From contig CM022675.1 of NCBI GenBank assembly GCA_012295275.1, forward strand, positions 16,182,001-16,246,000: a DNA stretch of 64,000 bases, given 5' to 3'. Positions 63,730 to 64,000 of the stretch are shown piece after piece (within the stretch, counting starts at the first letter, position 1; every line of letters begins with the position of its first letter). The notes under the pieces were generated by a model. That model had not been told where the DNA came from. It was given only the letters and a program-made list of their open reading frames with translations, and ran no database searches. Source of the DNA: Chrysomallon squamiferum. Lineage: Eukaryota; Animalia; Mollusca. A program made the translations under genes and the position numbers.

Positions 63730-64000
63730 GTATCGTGTTCTGTGTATGTTGGTTTGTGTTGTGTTGTGTATGTTATGTTATGTTATGTTGTGTTGTGTTA
63801 TATTATGTTGAGTTGTGTTATGCGTATGTTGCTTTGTGTTGTGTATGTTTTTTGTGTTATGTTGTGGTGTGTTGTGTTATGTTGAGTTGTGTTGTATGGT
63901 CTTGTCTTATGCTGTGTTGTGCTGTGTTGTGTTGTGTATCATCTGTTGTTTTATGCATGTTATGTTGCGTTGTTTTATTTTGTGTTGTATATGTTGTGTT
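63730..64000. repeat. Degenerate pentamer repeat (TGTTG/TGTTA)
   Basis: Direct inspection. Confidence 0.8.

Overview
AT-rich, microsatellite-dense animal genomic DNA, probably a mollusc (inferred from a juxtamembrane motif in gene B). Reading GT-AG splice sites and codon phase by hand gives three intron-rich genes for cell-surface proteins that the ORF track only fragments. (A) + strand, <1 to ~19.4 kb, 5' end outside the window: at least 28 six-Cys EB/EGF-like modules, then EGF, SEA, Ca-binding EGF, a TM helix and a basic tail. (B) - strand, 26417-23048: signal peptide, IgGFc-binding N-terminal domain, Ser/Thr stalk, CxCxC...VDKKxLSS motif and TM helix. (C) - strand, 57779-31290, 23 exons, ~797 aa: signal peptide and ten copies of an unassigned six-Cys module, each encoded by a phase 1-2 / 2-1 exon pair, ending in a possible GPI-type signal. 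Also present: a decayed hAT transposon with an 8-bp TSD, three tRNA-derived SINE copies, many minisatellites and a 6.5-kb compound (CA)n satellite. Two observations stand out. Many intronic minisatellites are tandem amplifications of the adjacent splice site or exon end. The first exon and presumed promoter of gene C lie in the ~0.8-kb loop of an inverted repeat with ~1.4-1.6 kb arms. Genes A and B each carry one single-base frameshift, most likely an assembly error. All models are manual and need RNA-seq confirmation.
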